Positions 63,373 through 64,000 of a DNA stretch of 64,000 nucleotides are shown piece after piece; positions within the stretch are counted from its first letter, which is position 1; each line of letters opens with the position of its first letter. Source of the stretch: Mobula hypostoma (taxonomy: Eukaryota); the NCBI RefSeq assembly GCF_963921235.1, contig NC_086097.1, positions 136,154,001 through 136,218,000 of the forward strand, in the 5' to 3' direction. Both the position numbers and the translations under genes were made by a program. The notes beneath the pieces are model-generated. The model saw only the letters and a program-made list of their open reading frames with translations, was not told the DNA's origin and did no database searches.

Positions 63373-64000
63373 AATAAATAAATAAACAAACAAACCAATA
63401 AATACATGAATACATATATTTTGAGAACATGAAATGAAGAGCCCTTGAAAGTGAGTCCATAATTGGTAGGAGCAGTTCAGTGCCGGGGTTATGGAATCAG
63501 TTCAGTGTTGAGGTAAGTGAAGTTACCACTCTGGTTCAAGAGCCTGATGGTTGAGGGGTAATAACTGTTCTTGATCCTAGTGGTGTGGGTCCTGAGGCTC
63601 TGGTACCTTCCTTCTGATGGCAGGAGTGAGAAGAGAACATGGACTGGATGGTGGGGGTCCTTGTTGATGGATGCTGCTTTCCTGTGATAGCGCTCCAAGT
63701 TGATATGCTCAGTGGTAGGGAGGGCTCTACCTGTGATCGACTGGGCTGTATTGACAACTTTTTGTAGGCATTTCCATTCAAGGGCATTGGTGTTTCCATA
63801 CCAGGCCATGATGCAGCCAGTCAACATAAACTCCACCAAACATCTATAGAAGTTTTTCAAAGTTTTAGGTGGCATGTCAAATCTTCACAAACTTCTAAGT
63901 AGAGGTGCTGCTGTGCTTTCTTCATAATGGGACTTACGTACTAGACCCAGGACTGATCCTCTGAAATGATAGCATGAAAGAATTTAAAGTTGCTGACCCT
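63373..64000 (-). mobile_element. Rex1/Babar-type LINE (its 3' UTR continues at 60590-60775, split by the R4-like insert)
   Basis: ORF 63489-63875 FYRCLVE..LTGCIMAWYGN...LQKVVNTAQ...LFSLLPS. The two flanks join into a sequence like 6655-7275. Confidence 0.8.

Noticed and set aside
30700..64000. A second host gene downstream of HAS2
   Set aside because: All interpretable ORFs are TE-derived or low-complexity. Small exons cannot be excluded by eye.

Overview
Vertebrate genomic DNA, not prokaryotic. The repeat content (CR1, Rex1/Babar-type, Penelope-like and tRNA-derived SINE fragments) suggests a cartilaginous fish such as a ray or shark; this is an inference. The only host gene I can support is hyaluronan synthase 2 (HAS2, + strand). 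Its three coding exons (12459-13085, 25199-25300, 27765-28694) splice to an intact 552-aa protein, with a probable non-coding first exon and promoter near 1-2.8 kb and an AU-rich 3' UTR to about 30.6 kb. The rest is transposon-rich intronic and intergenic sequence: a 5'-truncated L1 with a 16-bp TSD, CR1 copies, a 2.5-kb Gypsy LTR element lacking RT/RNase H, Penelope-like elements carrying minimal hammerhead ribozyme motifs, an R4/Dong-like element in an (AAT)n tract, Harbinger and Tc1 non-autonomous elements, and micro/minisatellites. I found no wholly new system that I can demonstrate. The best leads are the RT-less Gag-PR-IN mini-retrotransposon, the hammerhead-bearing Penelope copies with a recurring inversion junction, and candidate HAS2 regulatory features.
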